Positions 18,701-31,051 of a DNA stretch of 64,000 nucleotides are shown piece after piece. A program made the translations under genes and the position numbers. The DNA comes from Caecitellus pseudoparvulus. Taxonomy: Eukaryota > Protista > Bigyra: Bicosoecida. Position 1 is the first letter of the stretch; every line of letters begins with the position of its first letter. The stretch lies in NCBI GenBank assembly GCA_965644315.1, contig CBFFRQ010000027.1:1-64000 (forward strand). The letters run 5' to 3'. The notes below the pieces were generated by a model. That model made no database searches. It saw only the letters and a program-made list of their open reading frames with translations, and was not told the origin of the DNA.

Positions 18701-21700
18701 CCAGCGCCTGGTGCACGGGGTCCAGCACCCGGCACGACAGCCAAGCCAGCGCCTGGTGCACGGGGTCCAGCACCCGGCACGACGGCCAAGCCAGCGCCTG
18801 GTGCACGGGGTCCAGCACCCGGCACGACAACCAAGCCAGCGCCTGGTGCACGGGGTCCAGCACCCGGCACGACAGCACCCGGCACGACGGCCAAGCCAGC
18901 GCCTGGTGCACGGGGTCCAGCACCCGGCACGACAACCAAGCCAGCGCCTGGTGCACGGGGTCCAGCACCCGGCACGACAACCAAGCCAGCGCCTGGTGCA
19001 CGGGGTCCAGCACCCGGCACGACGGCCAAGCCAGCGCCTGGTGCACGGGGTCCAGCACCCGGCACGACGGCCAAGCCAGCGCCTGGTGCACGGGGTCCAG
19101 CACCCGGCACGACGGCCAAGCCAGCGCCTGGTGCACGGGGTCCAGCACCTGGCACGACAACCAAGCCAGCGCCTGGTGCACGGAGTCCAGCACCCGGCAC
19201 GACAGCCAAGCGAGCGCCTGGTGCACGGGGTCCAGCACCCGGCTTGTCAACAAAGCCGGGAGCACCTCGCGCACCCCCAGGCATCGCGAATACCGCATCT
19301 GCGGCAGCTCCTGGCGGTATGCCTCAAGCTGCGCCAGGTGTCTCTTCACCATCCCATGCACCGAGCCGGACAGCGCGTACAGTTCCCGCCGCTGTCCAGC
19401 CTCCCAAGCCAGCCCACTCTGCGCCACCGAGCGCCCAAGCAACCGCCGCCGCTGAGACGGTGTCTGTGTCGCTGGCGCGCTCCTTCCGGTCCTCTCCACG
19501 CAAGCTGAACGCACGGTCGTACGATCGGGTGGGCAAGGCAGCCTACGTGTCATACCGCAGCCTTATGCATGGAGACGCCGAGGGATCTCAGGTATCAAGC
19601 ATGCCCATGAGCTCACCTGCTCCTGTGCCAATTGCTCCAGGCACACCGCTGCAGCAAGTAGCGTCGGCGTCCACCCCTGGGCGGCTGGACTCGCCAGGCA
19701 TGCGGGCTCTGGCGCGAGGCAATGTTCCGGGACCCTTGGGCGCCGGCGGGGAAGCAGCAACCGCCAGCCCAGCCTCCAGGCCAGGATCAAGCAAGCACTT
19801 GACTGCCGTGAGTGTGTCCGAAGGCACCACAGCCAGGCCCGGCACTAGCGCTATGCTTGCGGCGGCGAGGGCAGCTGGCGCTAGTGCTGTGTCCGCGGCC
19901 CCTTCGTCCAAGGCACCTGTCACCCCTGCGCACACGTCTGGCCGGATGACTGTGTCAGCTCTGGCCTCCACAGGCAAGGTTGGCACTCCTGGGCAAGAGA
20001 GCCCTGCCAAGGCTGCGTCTATCCCTGCTCAGGGCAGAGGGGACATGTACGATCTGCGCTCAGCGCCACCTAGTATCTACTCACCGTACTCCAACACCCT
20101 GGCGCAGGGTGGTGCAGCCCCTGCACCAGCTCAGCCCCAACCAGACGTGCAGACAGGGGCGGCAGAGCAGGCAACCGGTGTGGTTGCAGCGACAGCAGCT
20201 GCAAGTCCCACGACACCAGCACAAGTACCAGCACCGGTGGCAGCTCCGACGGCAACTTCCCCCCCGCAAACGCCCCCACACACCTCTCCGGCAGCAGAGC
20301 AGGGCTCTGGACACCAGCTGGTGCTGGCACCCGCCCCAGCGCCAGTGCCACAGCGCCACGCCGTGGTGAGTGTGCCAGTGGCTTGGACGGGAGAAGGATG
20401 GGAGGTCCTGCCTCCTGAGGCTGGGCAGCACGCCTTGCAGTTGGAAGACCTGGGCGGGGAGGGGGAGGGTGGTCCGGCGCTGGGGCCTGAGGGCGAGCCT
20501 GCTCCGGGCACCATTGTCCTGGTACCCGTCCCTGCCGACAGCGCCATCGCACTGGGCCAGATCTTGCTGCCGTGCGGCACAGTGCAGGATGGCGAAGAGC
20601 TGTGGACACCCTTCGGACAGGCGCCTCCGTCGCTTCAAGGCGGTGGCCCGGACGCTTCCCCACGAGGCATGGACCCGGCAGTGGCCCAGGAAATGGCTGC
20701 TATGCGGTCTCAGCTGGCGCTGGTGACCAATGCCCTTACCTCCCTGCAAGCCTCCATGCACCGGCCCAGGACGCACACCACCTCCACCGCCTCCTCTGCC
20801 GCATCGGAAGGCTCTTCACCCACATCTGCCCCTGATTCTGAGGGAGCGTCTCGACGCAGCCCCAGTTTGCCTCGCAGCGTCGGGCCCCGGGCGACCTCTG
20901 AACGAGATGGGCATTCCCCCAGTCAGAACATGGACCACCAGGATGGCGTGTTCCGGGTCAGAGGAGCATCCGCGCCACATGGCTCGTCGGATCGTGCAGG
21001 GCAGGCACATCACATGCCTGGCCTCAAGGTCACGACCGAGCACTCCGGTGTACATGCGCACCAACCTCACCCTCAGCACCAGCAGCACCAGCATCAGCCG
21101 TCTCATGGTCAGCAGGGTGGTCCGTACACTGGTCCTGATGGCTACCCTCAGCAGCACCAGCAGCATCAGCCGCCTCATGGGCAGCAGGGTGGTCCGTACA
21201 CTGGTCCTGATGGCTACCCTCAGCAGCACCAGCAGCACCAGCCGCCTCATGGGCAGCAGGGTGGTCCGTACACTGGTCCTGATGGCTACCCTCAGCAGCA
21301 CCAGCAGCACCAGCCGCCTCATGGGCAGCAGGGTGGTCCGTACACTGGTCCTGATGGCTACCCTCAGCAGCACCAGCAGCATCAGCCGCCCCATGGGCAG
21401 CAGGGTGGTCCGTACACTGGTCCTGATGGCTACCCTCAGCACCAGCATCAGCAGCATCAGCCGCCCCATGGGCAGCAGGGTGGTCCGTACACTGGTCCTG
21501 ATGGCTACCCTCAGCAGCACCAGCAGCATCAGCCGCAGCCTCATGGGCAGCAGGGTGGTCCGTACACTGGTCCTGATGGCTACCCTCAGCAGCACCAGCA
21601 GCATCAGCCGCCTCATGGGCAGCAGGGTGGTCCGTACACTGGTCCTGATGGCTACCCTCAGCAGCACCAGCAGCACCAGCCGCCTCGTGGGCAGCAGGGT

Positions 21701-23254
21701 GGTCCGTACACTGGTCCTGATGGCTACCCTCAGCAGCACCAGCAGCACCAGCCGCCTCATGGGCAGCAGGGTGGTCCGTACACTGGTCCTGATGGCTACC
21801 CTCAGCAGCACCAGCAGCACCAGCCGCCTCATGGGCAGCAGTGGCCAGCCCAGGCCCACACAAGGCCAGCGTATGGGCGCGGACATTTCGGTAGCTTCGG
21901 CCCACTGGGGTCACCACCCGCCATGCCTCGCGGGCGGGTGGACCGAGATGGTGTGCTGCGCATGGGTGACGAGGCGGGGAGCATGTCCCACGTGCGACCT
22001 CAGATCGCGCTGCGAGGGGGCAGCCCAGAGCACCGCCAGCAGGGTGCGCCCGGGGCCGCAGGACCCAGTGCAGGACAGTACGTGCACGGCATGCGTATTT
22101 CGAGGGAGAGCGATGAGGAGTCTGTGGGCAGCAGTGACTCCGACAGCAGCGCAGGGCAGTCTTTCAGTGATGAGCCGTCCTTTGCGCGGCGGCCTGAGAC
22201 CTACAGTGGCCAGTTCCACGCCAGGCGGCAGCTGCAGCAGGCAGGGGAGAGTGCTCCTCACACGCCTGTGGGAGGTTCGCCCTCTGCCACCCGCCAACTG
22301 CCAGTGGTGGGTGTGGAGCAGCAGAAGGGGGCGGCGTTTGTGTGGCATGACGTGAACAGCCAAGGCCCCACCGTTCCGTTCCCGGAGCGGGGTGCGCCTG
22401 AGTCCCCTGAGGCGTTGCCGACGCCTGGTGCGTTCTCACAGCCAGGAGTCACCCCCGTTCGCCCACTGCCTGTGGAAGACGTGACCCCCCCGCCAGCCAG
22501 CCACACTCCTGGAGACACGCAGCATGCGGCGCCAAAGCCCACGGCATCCGCCTCAGAACACCCGTACCTCGCCACCGCCCGTGCCCGGGAAGAGCAGTTA
22601 GCCAGGCAGCAAGCAGCGTATGATGAGGCGTACGAGGCCTACATGCGGCAGTACCTGCAACAGACGTCGGGTGCCAGTCTGCCTCCACACGCACGGCAGG
22701 CGCTTGGCTCTGTTCCGCTGCCCCAGGCCCATGCGGAGCCACCACCCCCTCCCCGCCGGCGTGAGAGGGGGGCACGGAAGAAGGCAGAGCGTGAGGCGCA
22801 AGCACCTGCTCCGCCAGTGTTCGCGTACCCTCGCTCGGCGAGCCAGGCAGGCAGGTCGCGCGTGACGGAGGCTGCCGAGGCGGCAGCTGTGCGGGCGTTT
22901 GGCTCACCAGAGTTCGCACCACACGGTGGCCGTGGTGGCGAGGGGGGGCGAGGTGAAAGACCAGCTTCTGCGCGTGCTGGGGCGCTGCGTGTGACTGACG
23001 AGGAGTATGGCCGAATTGTGAACCGACTGCACCACACACACACGTCAGCGTCGGCCACGCGGCGAGCAGCCAGCCCCAGGGCTGGGACGGGCACAGGAAA
23101 ATATGGCCCTCGGCGCACAGGGCCTGCGTCTCGACCCCATGGCGCGGGCGAGCGACTGGCTGCTGCGCGGGAAATGACGGCGGAAACGGACCGCGCGGCA
23201 GCGGCGTACCGCTCGCGCATTCGAGCGGCTGCTGAAGGCAAAGCTGACTATTAG
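15773..23254 (+). CDS. 2493-aa Pro/Gly-rich repetitive protein with one Tudor/Agenet-like domain
   Basis: Single long ORF; [23 protein letters not shown]...[11 protein letters not shown] is Tudor-like; all repeat unit lengths are multiples of 3. Confidence 0.85.
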   Translation: MAAPPPPSGRGPPPGGPPKGKPPGGPPGTPPPGGPPKGKPPGGPPGTPPPGGPPKGKPPGGPPGTPPPGGPPKGKPPGGPPGTPPPGGAKFKVGERVKSRYRGKGSRWFNGKVERVVPGTPPKYDIKYDDGDSEKAALEKNIKSRDNPEPKGSTSPSTSPSPPSKGAPPPVKGAPPPGGPPKGGTPPPPGKGAPPPVKGAPPPGGPPKGGAPPPPGKGAPPPVKGAPPPGGPPKGGAPPPPGMGAPPPGKGAPPPGGPPKGGAPTPPGMGAPPPGKGVPPPGGPPKGGTPPPPGKGAPPPVKGVPPPGGPPKGGTPPPPGKGAPPPVKGAPPPGGPPSPKSGAKAKTPKGTPPPPGAPPPAGQTKVPSRGSPPTSAPPPAKGAPPPGKGAPPPGKGAPPPGKGAPPPGKGAPPPGKGAPPPGKGAPPPGKGAPPPGKGAPPPGKGAPPPGKGAPPPGKGAPPPGKGAPPPGKGAPPPGKGAPPPGKGAPPPGKGAPPPGKGAPPPGKGAPPPGKGAPPPGKGAPPPGKGAPPPGKGAPPPGKGAPPPGKGAPPPGKGAPPPGKGAPPPGKGAPPPGKGAPPPGKGAPPPGKGAPPPGKGAPPPGKGAPPPGKGGPPAVGKASPKAGQSAPPPGKGAPPPGKGAPPPGKGAPPPGKGAPPPGKGAPPPGKGAPPPGKGGPPAVGKASPKAGQSAPPPGKGAPPPGKGAPPPGKGGPPAVGKASPKAGQSAPPPGKGAPPPGKGGPPAVGKASPKAGQSAPPPGKGAPPPGKGGPPAVGKASPKAGQSAPPPGKGGPPAVGKASPKAGQSAPPPGISARPKPVPHSKPGGPPGLGTKTSPTPSAKSSAKTPPRTSPAASGKAPGLKPPPGSTSQQPRGPPGMPKTGGVASSGAPSGGPPGMPKRQDSTSSPPTTTGPAKPKPSPKPAPGTTTKPAPGARGPAPGTTTKPAPGARGPAPGTTAKPAPGPRGPAPGTTTKPAPGARGPAPGTTAKPAPGARGPAPGTTAKPAPGARGPAPGTTTKPAPGARGPAPGTTAPGTTAKPAPGARGPAPGTTTKPAPGARGPAPGTTTKPAPGARGPAPGTTAKPAPGARGPAPGTTAKPAPGARGPAPGTTAKPAPGARGPAPGTTTKPAPGARSPAPGTTAKRAPGARGPAPGLSTKPGAPRAPPGIANTASAAAPGGMPQAAPGVSSPSHAPSRTARTVPAAVQPPKPAHSAPPSAQATAAAETVSVSLARSFRSSPRKLNARSYDRVGKAAYVSYRSLMHGDAEGSQVSSMPMSSPAPVPIAPGTPLQQVASASTPGRLDSPGMRALARGNVPGPLGAGGEAATASPASRPGSSKHLTAVSVSEGTTARPGTSAMLAAARAAGASAVSAAPSSKAPVTPAHTSGRMTVSALASTGKVGTPGQESPAKAASIPAQGRGDMYDLRSAPPSIYSPYSNTLAQGGAAPAPAQPQPDVQTGAAEQATGVVAATAAASPTTPAQVPAPVAAPTATSPPQTPPHTSPAAEQGSGHQLVLAPAPAPVPQRHAVVSVPVAWTGEGWEVLPPEAGQHALQLEDLGGEGEGGPALGPEGEPAPGTIVLVPVPADSAIALGQILLPCGTVQDGEELWTPFGQAPPSLQGGGPDASPRGMDPAVAQEMAAMRSQLALVTNALTSLQASMHRPRTHTTSTASSAASEGSSPTSAPDSEGASRRSPSLPRSVGPRATSERDGHSPSQNMDHQDGVFRVRGASAPHGSSDRAGQAHHMPGLKVTTEHSGVHAHQPHPQHQQHQHQPSHGQQGGPYTGPDGYPQQHQQHQPPHGQQGGPYTGPDGYPQQHQQHQPPHGQQGGPYTGPDGYPQQHQQHQPPHGQQGGPYTGPDGYPQQHQQHQPPHGQQGGPYTGPDGYPQHQHQQHQPPHGQQGGPYTGPDGYPQQHQQHQPQPHGQQGGPYTGPDGYPQQHQQHQPPHGQQGGPYTGPDGYPQQHQQHQPPRGQQGGPYTGPDGYPQQHQQHQPPHGQQGGPYTGPDGYPQQHQQHQPPHGQQWPAQAHTRPAYGRGHFGSFGPLGSPPAMPRGRVDRDGVLRMGDEAGSMSHVRPQIALRGGSPEHRQQGAPGAAGPSAGQYVHGMRISRESDEESVGSSDSDSSAGQSFSDEPSFARRPETYSGQFHARRQLQQAGESAPHTPVGGSPSATRQLPVVGVEQQKGAAFVWHDVNSQGPTVPFPERGAPESPEALPTPGAFSQPGVTPVRPLPVEDVTPPPASHTPGDTQHAAPKPTASASEHPYLATARAREEQLARQQAAYDEAYEAYMRQYLQQTSGASLPPHARQALGSVPLPQAHAEPPPPPRRRERGARKKAEREAQAPAPPVFAYPRSASQAGRSRVTEAAEAAAVRAFGSPEFAPHGGRGGEGGRGERPASARAGALRVTDEEYGRIVNRLHHTHTSASATRRAASPRAGTGTGKYGPRRTGPASRPHGAGERLAAAREMTAETDRAAAAYRSRIRAAAEGKADY
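15806..16030 (+). repeat. Coding tandem repeat, 54 bp x ~4 ([18 protein letters not shown])
   Basis: Near-identical 54-bp units read directly. Confidence 0.95.
16265..16783 (+). repeat. Coding tandem repeat, 78 bp x ~6.5 ([26 protein letters not shown])
   Basis: Read directly from DNA and protein. Confidence 0.9.
16913..18210 (+). repeat. Coding minisatellite, 21 bp (GKGAPPP); ~33 pure units, then interleaved with [16 protein letters not shown] units
   Basis: ggcaagggcgcaccacc(t/a)ccg repeated, varying mainly at synonymous sites. Confidence 0.97.
18538..19243 (+). repeat. Coding tandem repeat, 45 bp x ~15 ([14 protein letters not shown][T/A])
   Basis: Read directly. Confidence 0.95.
21095..21840 (+). 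repeat. Coding tandem repeat, 72 bp x ~10 ([24 protein letters not shown])
   Basis: Read directly; the occasional indels are 3 bp. Confidence 0.95.
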
Positions 23255-23375
23255 TGCCTGCAGCTACCTGCAATGCAAAGTGGCGTGCTGCTTTGGTTTG
23301 CCCACAGTTGGTTGCCCACGAAACCCACCGTGCGAGCCAGTATCGGTGCATTGCTGGACTGAATACTTCAGGTGT

Positions 23376-25023
23376 TCAGTGCTCCAGGATGCGGAGGTTC
23401 CCAGTGACGACTTTGTCCTCCAGGACGGCGCCATCGGGGATGTCTACCCGGGCACCCTCTTGGGCAACGATGATGACAGTGCCCCGCAGCGTGACACCCT
23501 TGCCGAAGTGCACATCGCCGGAGACGGTGAGGTGGTCCAGCTCCAGCATGTCCGGGATGTGGGCCAGGCGCTGGTGATAGTCGGCAATCTTCCCGAACTC
23601 CGGACCCAGCTTGATGACAGGGGTGGCGGTGCCTTCGCGGCCTGGGTTTCGGTTCACGGAGCCGTGTTTGATCTCGTAGATGTTGCTTTGGATGGAGAGC
23701 AAGTCGGAAGTGTTCTTCACCGGCACAAAGCGAAGGCGGTCGACGGAAATAGCGATGGCTTTCGGGAAGAATTCAATAGCGCTGCCTGCCGTCGTCTCCA
23801 GCTGCACGACGTCTCGCTCCAGCACTGACCGTGACGTAACGATGACACTGGGTGCAATGGCGTTGTCCTCCACCAGCTGCTTCATTGTGGACAGGGACAC
23901 CCACAGGTTGTTCGTGTTGAACCAACCGAACTTCTTGGTGCTCTTGAACTCCTCCGTGGCGCCTGATGGCACTTGCAGCGCCTCCAGCACCTTCAAACTC
24001 GTCCCACCACCTGCCTTCTTGTGCTGGATGAGGGTGCCGCCCTGTACGTCGCTGCGGGTTTTGCGCGTGACCTCCATGGCAAAGTCGGCGCCCGAGTTGA
24101 CCAGGTGGTACATGATGCGGAAATCCAGCGTGCCACCAAGGTTGTCCACGTTGGAGATGAAGACATACTCCCGCCCCTCTGCCAGCAGCGTGTCCAGAAC
24201 ACCTGAGCGGGCCAGCGCACGGTACACGTCGCCGTGGCCAGGAGGGTACCACACGTCTCGGTTGCTGGCGCCGAATTGCTCCGTGGCCAGGAGGGTGTAG
24301 TGGTCGCGCTCGATGCAGGGGAAGCAGGACTGCTGGAAGCAAGTGATGGAGACGTTGTGAGCGGCGTACTTGCGCACGATGCGGAGCGTTTCGTCGTGGG
24401 TGTTGAAGGAGTTCATGAGGATGAGGGGGACATCCACACCGTGCTTGACGTTCAAGTACTCGATCTGGCGCACGGTCATGTCCAGGAAGGTCAGGCCGCC
24501 CCGCACACGCAAGGCCGACTTGGAGCCGCGCAGACCCATAGATGTGCCCAGGCCTCCGTTCAGCTTCACCACAGCCACCTTCCGAAGCAGCTCTTGGCGC
24601 AGCTCGTCGTTGACAGGGCATGGCTCAAGATCACTATGTTTGGACACAAAGTCTGTGGATGGCGGCGCCACAGAGGACCTGCAGAGGGGGGGCAGCGCTT
24701 GCCGTGTGGCGTTTCAACTCGCTCGCAAGCACCCGGCATCAAACTGCCCCACACGCCACCCACGCACCATTCCAGGGGATTGGCAGACTGGTGGCGGTAC
24801 CTGGCTACGAGTCGCGAAAATTCCCGTGCCGAGGAGAAGTCCATGATGCCAGCCTTCTGAATGGCCTGCAAGGTTCTCAGCCGAGCGAGGCACGTGAAAC
24901 GCTGGCAACCAGCGGCGCTCAAGCATCACCCACCTCAGCAAGCTCTGTATCTTCATGGAGCACCTTGCCTCGAACATCTGAGGAATCGGTACCTCCGCTA
25001 CTGCCACTGCCCTGTGCAGCCAT
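23376..25023 (-). CDS. UGP1: UTP-glucose-1-phosphate uridylyltransferase, 3 exons
   Basis: KLNGGLGTSMG..GSKS, LMNSFNTH, WYPPGHGD, FISNVDNLG, FNTNNLW, RFVPVK and C-terminal LRILEH. Two short 5' introns join MAAQGSG... in frame. Confidence 0.97.
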
Positions 25024-25301
25024 GTTGTCCAATCACTGGCCACCGACTTGCGGGTGGCGCAGCGGTGCCAGTCGAAGCTCTCTCAAACCACGGCACCAGG
25101 CTCTCGTGTCTGCCAGGACAGACCCCAGCACTTGGGTCAGGGTGGGCAAGGCGGGGCCGGTTGTGAGAAGATTTGCCGATGCGATAGCACTGTGTTTGGT
25201 GCCAGCTTGCGCTCAATTACGCGTACATTCCGAAACACATCATCGAAGAGTGTGGGAGTCCCAACCCCACGGCGGCTGGAGAAGCGCCGTTGACACGTCC
25301 T

Positions 25302-27122
25302 TCACTCAGAGCGTGAGGCCACCCGTCGCAGCACCATTGCCCGGCGAAGCTGCCACGCAGCAGGGCTCACCAGCCCTCGCAGCGTCTCCAGCGCAGCTGC
25401 ACGGGCCTCCGCCCCCCGCACCTGCCGCCGACGGGGCAAAACGTGCACGATGCGCCTGCTATGGGCACTCAGCCCGCCAGGCCGAGTATCTGCCACGGCT
25501 GCCAGCAGTGCCTCCAGCTGCCCCGCATGCTGCCTCACGACGGCCGCCAACGTCGCTGCGATGAGCTGTTCATAGGGGTGCCACCCACCACTCGCGAGGA
25601 GGTAATGCACCACCGCCAGGGCATTGCCGCCGGTCACCTCGCCCCACGTACACTTGCCAGGCGGCCGCACCGCCACTGGAACACGCCGCAGGCACTGTTC
25701 AGAGCAAGGCACCTGCCCCGCCCCCTCCCACACACGCAGCGAACGCCACTCGCTTCTCACATCTTCACGCACGGCTGGCGCCCAACCCAGTGCAGCAGCA
25801 ATAGGCCGCACACTGGCCTCGTGACTGGCCAGCACGCTCAGCAGTCCTGCCAGTTGCTGGGGTGTCTGGTGCCGCATCTCGCAGAACACACACGGCACGA
25901 ACATGCTCATGATGGCCGGCGTGGTCAGGCACGGGGCGCCATCCGTTGGACTGCGCTCCCAAGCCAGGGGCGCCCACCCGAAGCCACGAAACTGCCTCTT
26001 GCGATCTTTGAAGTCAATAGGAGGGCGCTGGGCCAGCTCGCGCAGGCAGGAACACACTGCTTCGTGCACTGCAGGAAATTCGCGAGCAGCCTCCAACACC
26101 GCGTACGCCCAGGTACACTGTCGCTCTGTACAACAGACACGAGCAATGATGGGCGCAAGTTCATGGATCAAGTGTCGAGCATAGTCCAGTGCAAAAACGA
26201 CACACTTCGCCGCCCCGTGTTCGGGGTCTTGGCGCATGGCCCGCCCCACGCTGCGCCGCAGCACTCGCCGAACAATGTACGGCGCCACAGGCGACCCGGA
26301 CTTGAGGTGTTGCAGCAAGCACAAGAACACGTCATTGTGGCCGTATTTGGCAGCAAGGTCCAGGCCACACGGTGACTGGCCGTTTGCAGTGGCCAGGTAG
26401 TTGAAGTCGTTCAGGTTGTACACGCAGATTGTGCCGTCCACTTGCACACCCAGTGTTCGCGCCTGCTCGAAGCAGTGGTGCGCCAGGTCCAAACTGCCGT
26501 GCATGCAGCTCACCCACAGTAGGGACTGCAGCGCCTCGCGCATATTCCGCGTCCGCCTTTCAGGCGTGGAGATGTCTGTAACGATATCCAGCACTGGCTG
26601 GCAAAGTTCCAACATGGTGGACAGGGGCCGATCGGGGCGCGCCTGCAGGGCGTGCAGCGTGTGAGCTACAGTGACGGCGACAATATCACGCGGTTCATGC
26701 CCCCGTGTGCCTTCCTGCTCTTCGTGCTTGGCTGCTCGGATGCCGCTGCAGAGCGCGTCCAGGAGCGGGACACGGGACCGGTGCAACGCAGTGGCCATCG
26801 CCTCGCCGAGCGACTGCACCGTGCAACGGTAGGAGAGCCCGTTGAGGAAGGCACCTGGGTGGCCGTACACGGCCGAAGCCAGCTTCGCAACGATATCCAG
26901 CCGATCTTCCTGTATGGCCTGGTCCAGCAGCCGGCTGAACTGGCATTGTTGGATGCGGATCTGGGCAAACGTGAGGCCTGGCGGCGGCATCAATGTGTCC
27001 GCATCAGCTGCATCGATGAGGAGCCATACATCCGCCCACTTGAAGCTAGACTCTGCCCTCATGCCCACGAAAAACGCATGCAGCCCTTTCAGGCTGATGG
27101 GGCGGGTAGCGCTGGCGGCCAT
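25302..27122 (-). CDS. Hypothetical helical-repeat protein with a degenerate ankyrin repeat
   Basis: Intronless 606-aa ORF containing LDLAAKYGHNDVFLCLL; candidate promoter motif just upstream of the ATG. Confidence 0.65.
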   Translation of the reverse strand: MAASATRPISLKGLHAFFVGMRAESSFKWADVWLLIDAADADTLMPPPGLTFAQIRIQQCQFSRLLDQAIQEDRLDIVAKLASAVYGHPGAFLNGLSYRCTVQSLGEAMATALHRSRVPLLDALCSGIRAAKHEEQEGTRGHEPRDIVAVTVAHTLHALQARPDRPLSTMLELCQPVLDIVTDISTPERRTRNMREALQSLLWVSCMHGSLDLAHHCFEQARTLGVQVDGTICVYNLNDFNYLATANGQSPCGLDLAAKYGHNDVFLCLLQHLKSGSPVAPYIVRRVLRRSVGRAMRQDPEHGAAKCVVFALDYARHLIHELAPIIARVCCTERQCTWAYAVLEAAREFPAVHEAVCSCLRELAQRPPIDFKDRKRQFRGFGWAPLAWERSPTDGAPCLTTPAIMSMFVPCVFCEMRHQTPQQLAGLLSVLASHEASVRPIAAALGWAPAVREDVRSEWRSLRVWEGAGQVPCSEQCLRRVPVAVRPPGKCTWGEVTGGNALAVVHYLLASGGWHPYEQLIAATLAAVVRQHAGQLEALLAAVADTRPGGLSAHSRRIVHVLPRRRQVRGAEARAAALETLRGLVSPAAWQLRRAMVLRRVASRSE

Positions 27123-27127
27123 GCAGT

Positions 27128-27139
27128 CGCGGAAATTGC
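27128..27139 (-). promoter_or_regulatory. Candidate core-promoter element GCAATTTCCGCG
   Basis: The identical 12-mer lies just upstream of the ATGs at 27122 and 37472 (37485-37496); a variant CAACTTCCGC lies upstream of ATG 28967. Resembles the oomycete FPR consensus CAWTTTNYY. Confidence 0.4.
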
Positions 27140-27308
27140 GCCTGACACGCCAATTCGCACCAACTGTCCGCGGAGCATCTGCAGCGCCTCAATCCCTGAG
27201 ATACACGAAAAAGCTTGGATCGACAACAATCGCTGTATTGAATTGGAACGCGACAGACAAAACGACTTGCAAGAGGCACTGGGGGCGCTGGGATTTGGGA
27301 GGGCTGCC

Positions 27309-28967
27309 TCACACAACGGCGGGGTTGGTGTGCAGCTGCTCGTGGATGAAGGTGTCACAGGTCTGGCAGAAGGTCTGCAGGGAGGCAGGGCACACGAAAC
27401 GTGCGTGCTGGGGTGGAATGACGAAGGCACACCCCGCACACACGGCCGCGTCGGTGGTCACGACGACGTGAGGAGCAGGCACGTCATCCTCCGCCTCCCC
27501 CGCTGCCTGCGCCACCACCACGCCTGGCAGCTGGCCAGCGGTGGGGGCGGAGGAGCCTGTGGCGGACGGCACACTCAGGAAGGGCGGCACTGGGTCCATG
27601 TAGTGGTGACTGCGGGCCAGCTGGGCGGCCGCAACCAGCTGCAGCCCGCACACCTCACAGGCACTGGGCAGGGTGGGCGCGATGCTGGCGCAGCGGGGGC
27701 ACAGGTATCCTTCGGCACACACGTGCCCTGCTGTGCTGAGGGCGTTGGCGTGGGCCAGCATGCGGGGAAACCCCATAAGCACCATGGCCGGGTCAGCGGC
27801 AGCTTCGGATGCGCTGCGTGGTGGCGGCGGGATGATCTCTGCCAGCAGCCCTGTGAGGTGGTCGTACGTCTCGGCGACGCCGTACTTGCCGCCGCTCTTC
27901 TGTGGGGGGGGGGGGGGGTGGAGCGGAGGGGGTTCGTGAGGGTTGCCAGGTCGGGTGGGGCGGCACACATGGTGAGAGAGCACGAGCAAGCCTCAGACAG
28001 AAATCTCTTCTCCATGGGGTTAAGGTGTAGAAAGAGTCAGAGTTAAAAATTGTGGGATCGTCACAGGCAGCAGCGGGTGCGCTGAGCAACACACGAGCAC
28101 GTACCTCAGCTATGCGGCGAGCCACAAAGACCTCCCCCGACAGCCCGATGACGTGGACAGTCGTGCCTTGCATGCCCTCCACTGTGCGCCAAATGTCCCC
28201 TGCGTCCACGCTGGACAGTGCTCCGTGCACGATCAGCACTTCGCGGCCAGCTTGCGTCGGCACGAGGCTGAGTTCGTGCGTTGCCGTCTCCAACGCCGCC
28301 TGGAAGGAGAAACTGCCGTCCAGCACAGGCCCGCCGCCACACATGGCAGTGACGGCTGCAGATGTAGTGGTTGAGGTGCCAGAGCGGCCGCGTTGTTCAG
28401 CCTGCCCGCCCAGCGCGTCGAGGGGGTCCGTGATGTGCTTTGGCGTGGCAGTGAGGGGGCTCAACACGTGGCCCATGCCTGACCGCACCGCCACGACGCT
28501 GAGACTGCCGACGGGGTTCTGGTCGAACCACTCCTTGGTGAAGTCCTTCAAGGCCATGCACGTGGCGACGAGGCGGGAGGGGGGCAGGTCTGACGCAAGC
28601 ATGGCTGCGCTGGCGTCCACTACCACAACCAAATGCCGCAGCATACCCCGCTGCACTGCGCCGAGGGACTCGCTCTTCTTAGCCCTGCAGAGGAGGCAGG
28701 AGTCACAACAGTGCAACCCATACCCGGTGTCCAGGTCGCCACACTGCAGTGCAGTCTGGCACGCACCGTGCAGCGGCTTGGCGCTCTTGCTCTGCGGCAT
28801 CTGTCAGCCGGCCGTGTTCGTCCACTTGCAGGCCCTCCCAGGGCCGCTCATACGCCTGTTCCCAAGCATACTCGCCACCTGAGGATGTGTGTGTGCGCGA
28901 ATTTGCGTGGGCCGTCGGCGGTAGCAGAGCAGGGGTGCTGCAGCGACGCACCAGCGCCACCCGCCAT
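27309..28967 (-). CDS. GTF2H2: TFIIH subunit p44/Ssl1, 4 exons
   Basis: YAWEQAYERPWE, RGMLRHLVVVVDAS, WFDQNPVG, REVLIVHGALSSVDAGDI, MGFP, GYLCPRC...CEVCGL, LARSHH and FCQTCDTFIHEQLH. Confidence 0.95.
27990..28068 (-). ncRNA. Candidate intronic box C/D snoRNA in intron 3 of TFIIH p44
   Basis: Minus strand reads gcc-t-GTGACGA (box C variant)...CTGA (D')...gagatttctgt-CTGA (box D)-ggc, with a gcc/ggc terminal stem. It forms an AT-rich island in an unusually long (~205 nt) intron, in sense with the host gene. Confidence 0.7.
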
Positions 28968-29299
28968 GATGGTGTGGCTGCGGAAGTTGGGCAAATGCCG
29001 CCGAACTTGTGGCGGCTCGCGGCACACCCCTGCAGGGGCCCACTGACTCCCCCCGAGGTGTGCACGTATCAGTCAACACACGTGGGTGTCCAGGAGATGC
29101 CTGCCTGGGAACACGTGGCGTGGGCAGGCTGGTCACGGCGGTGCAGTCAAGCCATGCCGGCACTACCCAACCACCACGCACACACGCTGGCGCCGCACAG
29201 AGCTGCACGGCACTCACACGCGCCTGCACAGCCAGCTGAGCACACCGAGTCACTGTCACGTTTGGGAGTGTGTGTTTTGTGCCGCGGCGGGGCAGTGCC

Positions 29300-30813
29300 A
29301 TGTCGGCTGTGCCGGTTGGCGGGGAGGCTGCAGCCCCCCCTGCCGAGGCAGCTGGCAGTGGGCCAGTGACGGTGAGAGCCACGCGCCCGCGGCGAGCGTG
29401 GGCACCTGCGACACAGCACGCGCCGCTTGCCCACAGGCGGACACCTTCCACAGCAAGACCTTCCTCACCTCCATTCGAGATGGCGGCAAGGCGTTGGACG
29501 TGGAGGAGCCGGCGTCGTGAGTGCGGCAGGTCGCAGTGCGACCAGGGCGACAGCACGTGCCGCCGCATCCTCGCCGCCACGAGTCGCCCTGCGCCCGCTG
29601 CCCTGCGCAGCATGCACCGTGTGCGCAAGTTACACGGTCAGATGAACTCGGTGGTGTCCACGCTGAACGAAAAGGTGCGTTGGCGCAGGCGTTGGCCGGT
29701 GACGAAACGCCTGAAACGCCACGCTCCTTCCTGACCCGGCAGATCGCGAGGGTGTTGCAGATCCAGGAGAAGGAGTTCCTGGAGGCATATCGTGGACACA
29801 TGTACGGCGTGCAGCGGGAGCTGCGCATGTGGCAGGAGAAGGCTGACGAGGAAGCCGCCCGCGCACTGCGGGACGCCAAGGTGCAGCGCTTGGAGGAGGA
29901 GTCTGCTTGGTTCCGCGCCGAGGCGCTGCGGCTGAACAAGTACACGGGGGCCATGAAGACAGACTTGAAGAACATGCAGGGACACATGGATAGCCTGGAG
30001 GAGGACCGGGCGTGGCTGGAGAAGCAGCTCAAAGCGGCGAAACGCGAAAACGCACTGCTGCGCGCAGAGGTGGCCGTGGCGGCACAGGGCGGGCAGCAGG
30101 ACGAGGCAGGGGAGCTGCTGGCTGCCCTGGCAGAAGGGGGTGGTGAAACGCCTGACGTCATTGCCCTGAAGCGCCGTGTGGAGGAGTTGACAGCGCAGGT
30201 GTCAGCGGCGCAGAGACGGGTGGCGGAGCTGTCCACTGGCACCTCGGGTGGTGTCGGAGATGGCAGCGCACACACCGGCAGCGCAGGGGGTGGCGGGGTG
30301 TCTTCACAACAAGAGCAGATGCACGCGTTGTTTCTGAAGTGTGTGGCCAGCGTGCGGGAGGCCACTGACCCAGGCAGCGTGGTCAGTGACCTTTCATTTT
30401 CCGCATACACACCTCCCGAGCGACGCGCCATCATCGCGCGCCTCCTGGAAGACGACTTCATCCTGAACTCCCTGCACGCACTGGTGTTCGGGCAACAGCA
30501 GGCGGCGGCGGCAGAGGTGCCTGGCAGCGGCCCTCACAGTGCAGGCACCCCCACCGCTGCGTCACAAGCCGCCCTGAGCCGGGTGGGCAGCAGCATGCCA
30601 CCGGACAGCGCACTTCACAGTGCCGTTCGCAGTCTGCCTGACTCCACGGGTGCCCCTGCATCTCTGGACGGCGGCAGTGGGAGTGGTGGGGGAGGTGGTG
30701 GTGGCGGTAGCATGTCTGGGCGGGGTGGCGGCACACCGGCGGGGTCAGCCCTTGATGCGTTACGGGCCCGCCATGCTGCGTTGGAGCAGGAGGACCAGCC
30801 GAGAGGCGACTAG
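29300..30813 (+). CDS. Coiled-coil protein of unknown function, 4 exons
   Basis: Three short introns join MSAVPVGG..., ADTFHSKTFLT..., MHRVRKLHGQMN... and IARVLQIQEKEFLEAYRGHMYGVQREL...; strong heptad pattern. Confidence 0.75.
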
Positions 30814-31051
30814 AGTCCACGGACACAGCGCTGCCCCCTGCTCTCAGTGCTTGCACTGGCTCGGCGTGGAGCTGCAAGTCAAACCAGTGTGCAGCGTTGG
30901 GCGGCACGTGCAAGACCTGCCCAGCGCCGCCCATCGACACTCACAGCGCCAAATCCAACTCCCCACGATACACAGGGAAGCCACCTGCTGGGCGTCCACT
31001 CGCCACGCCAGCACTGTGCCTGCTGGCGCCGCCAGCGCCCACCTTGCAGTC

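Noticed and set aside
15651-22355. Long alternative-frame and antisense ORFs with repeats ([30 protein letters not shown])
   Set aside because: Shadows of in-frame coding tandem repeats that happen to lack stops in other frames.
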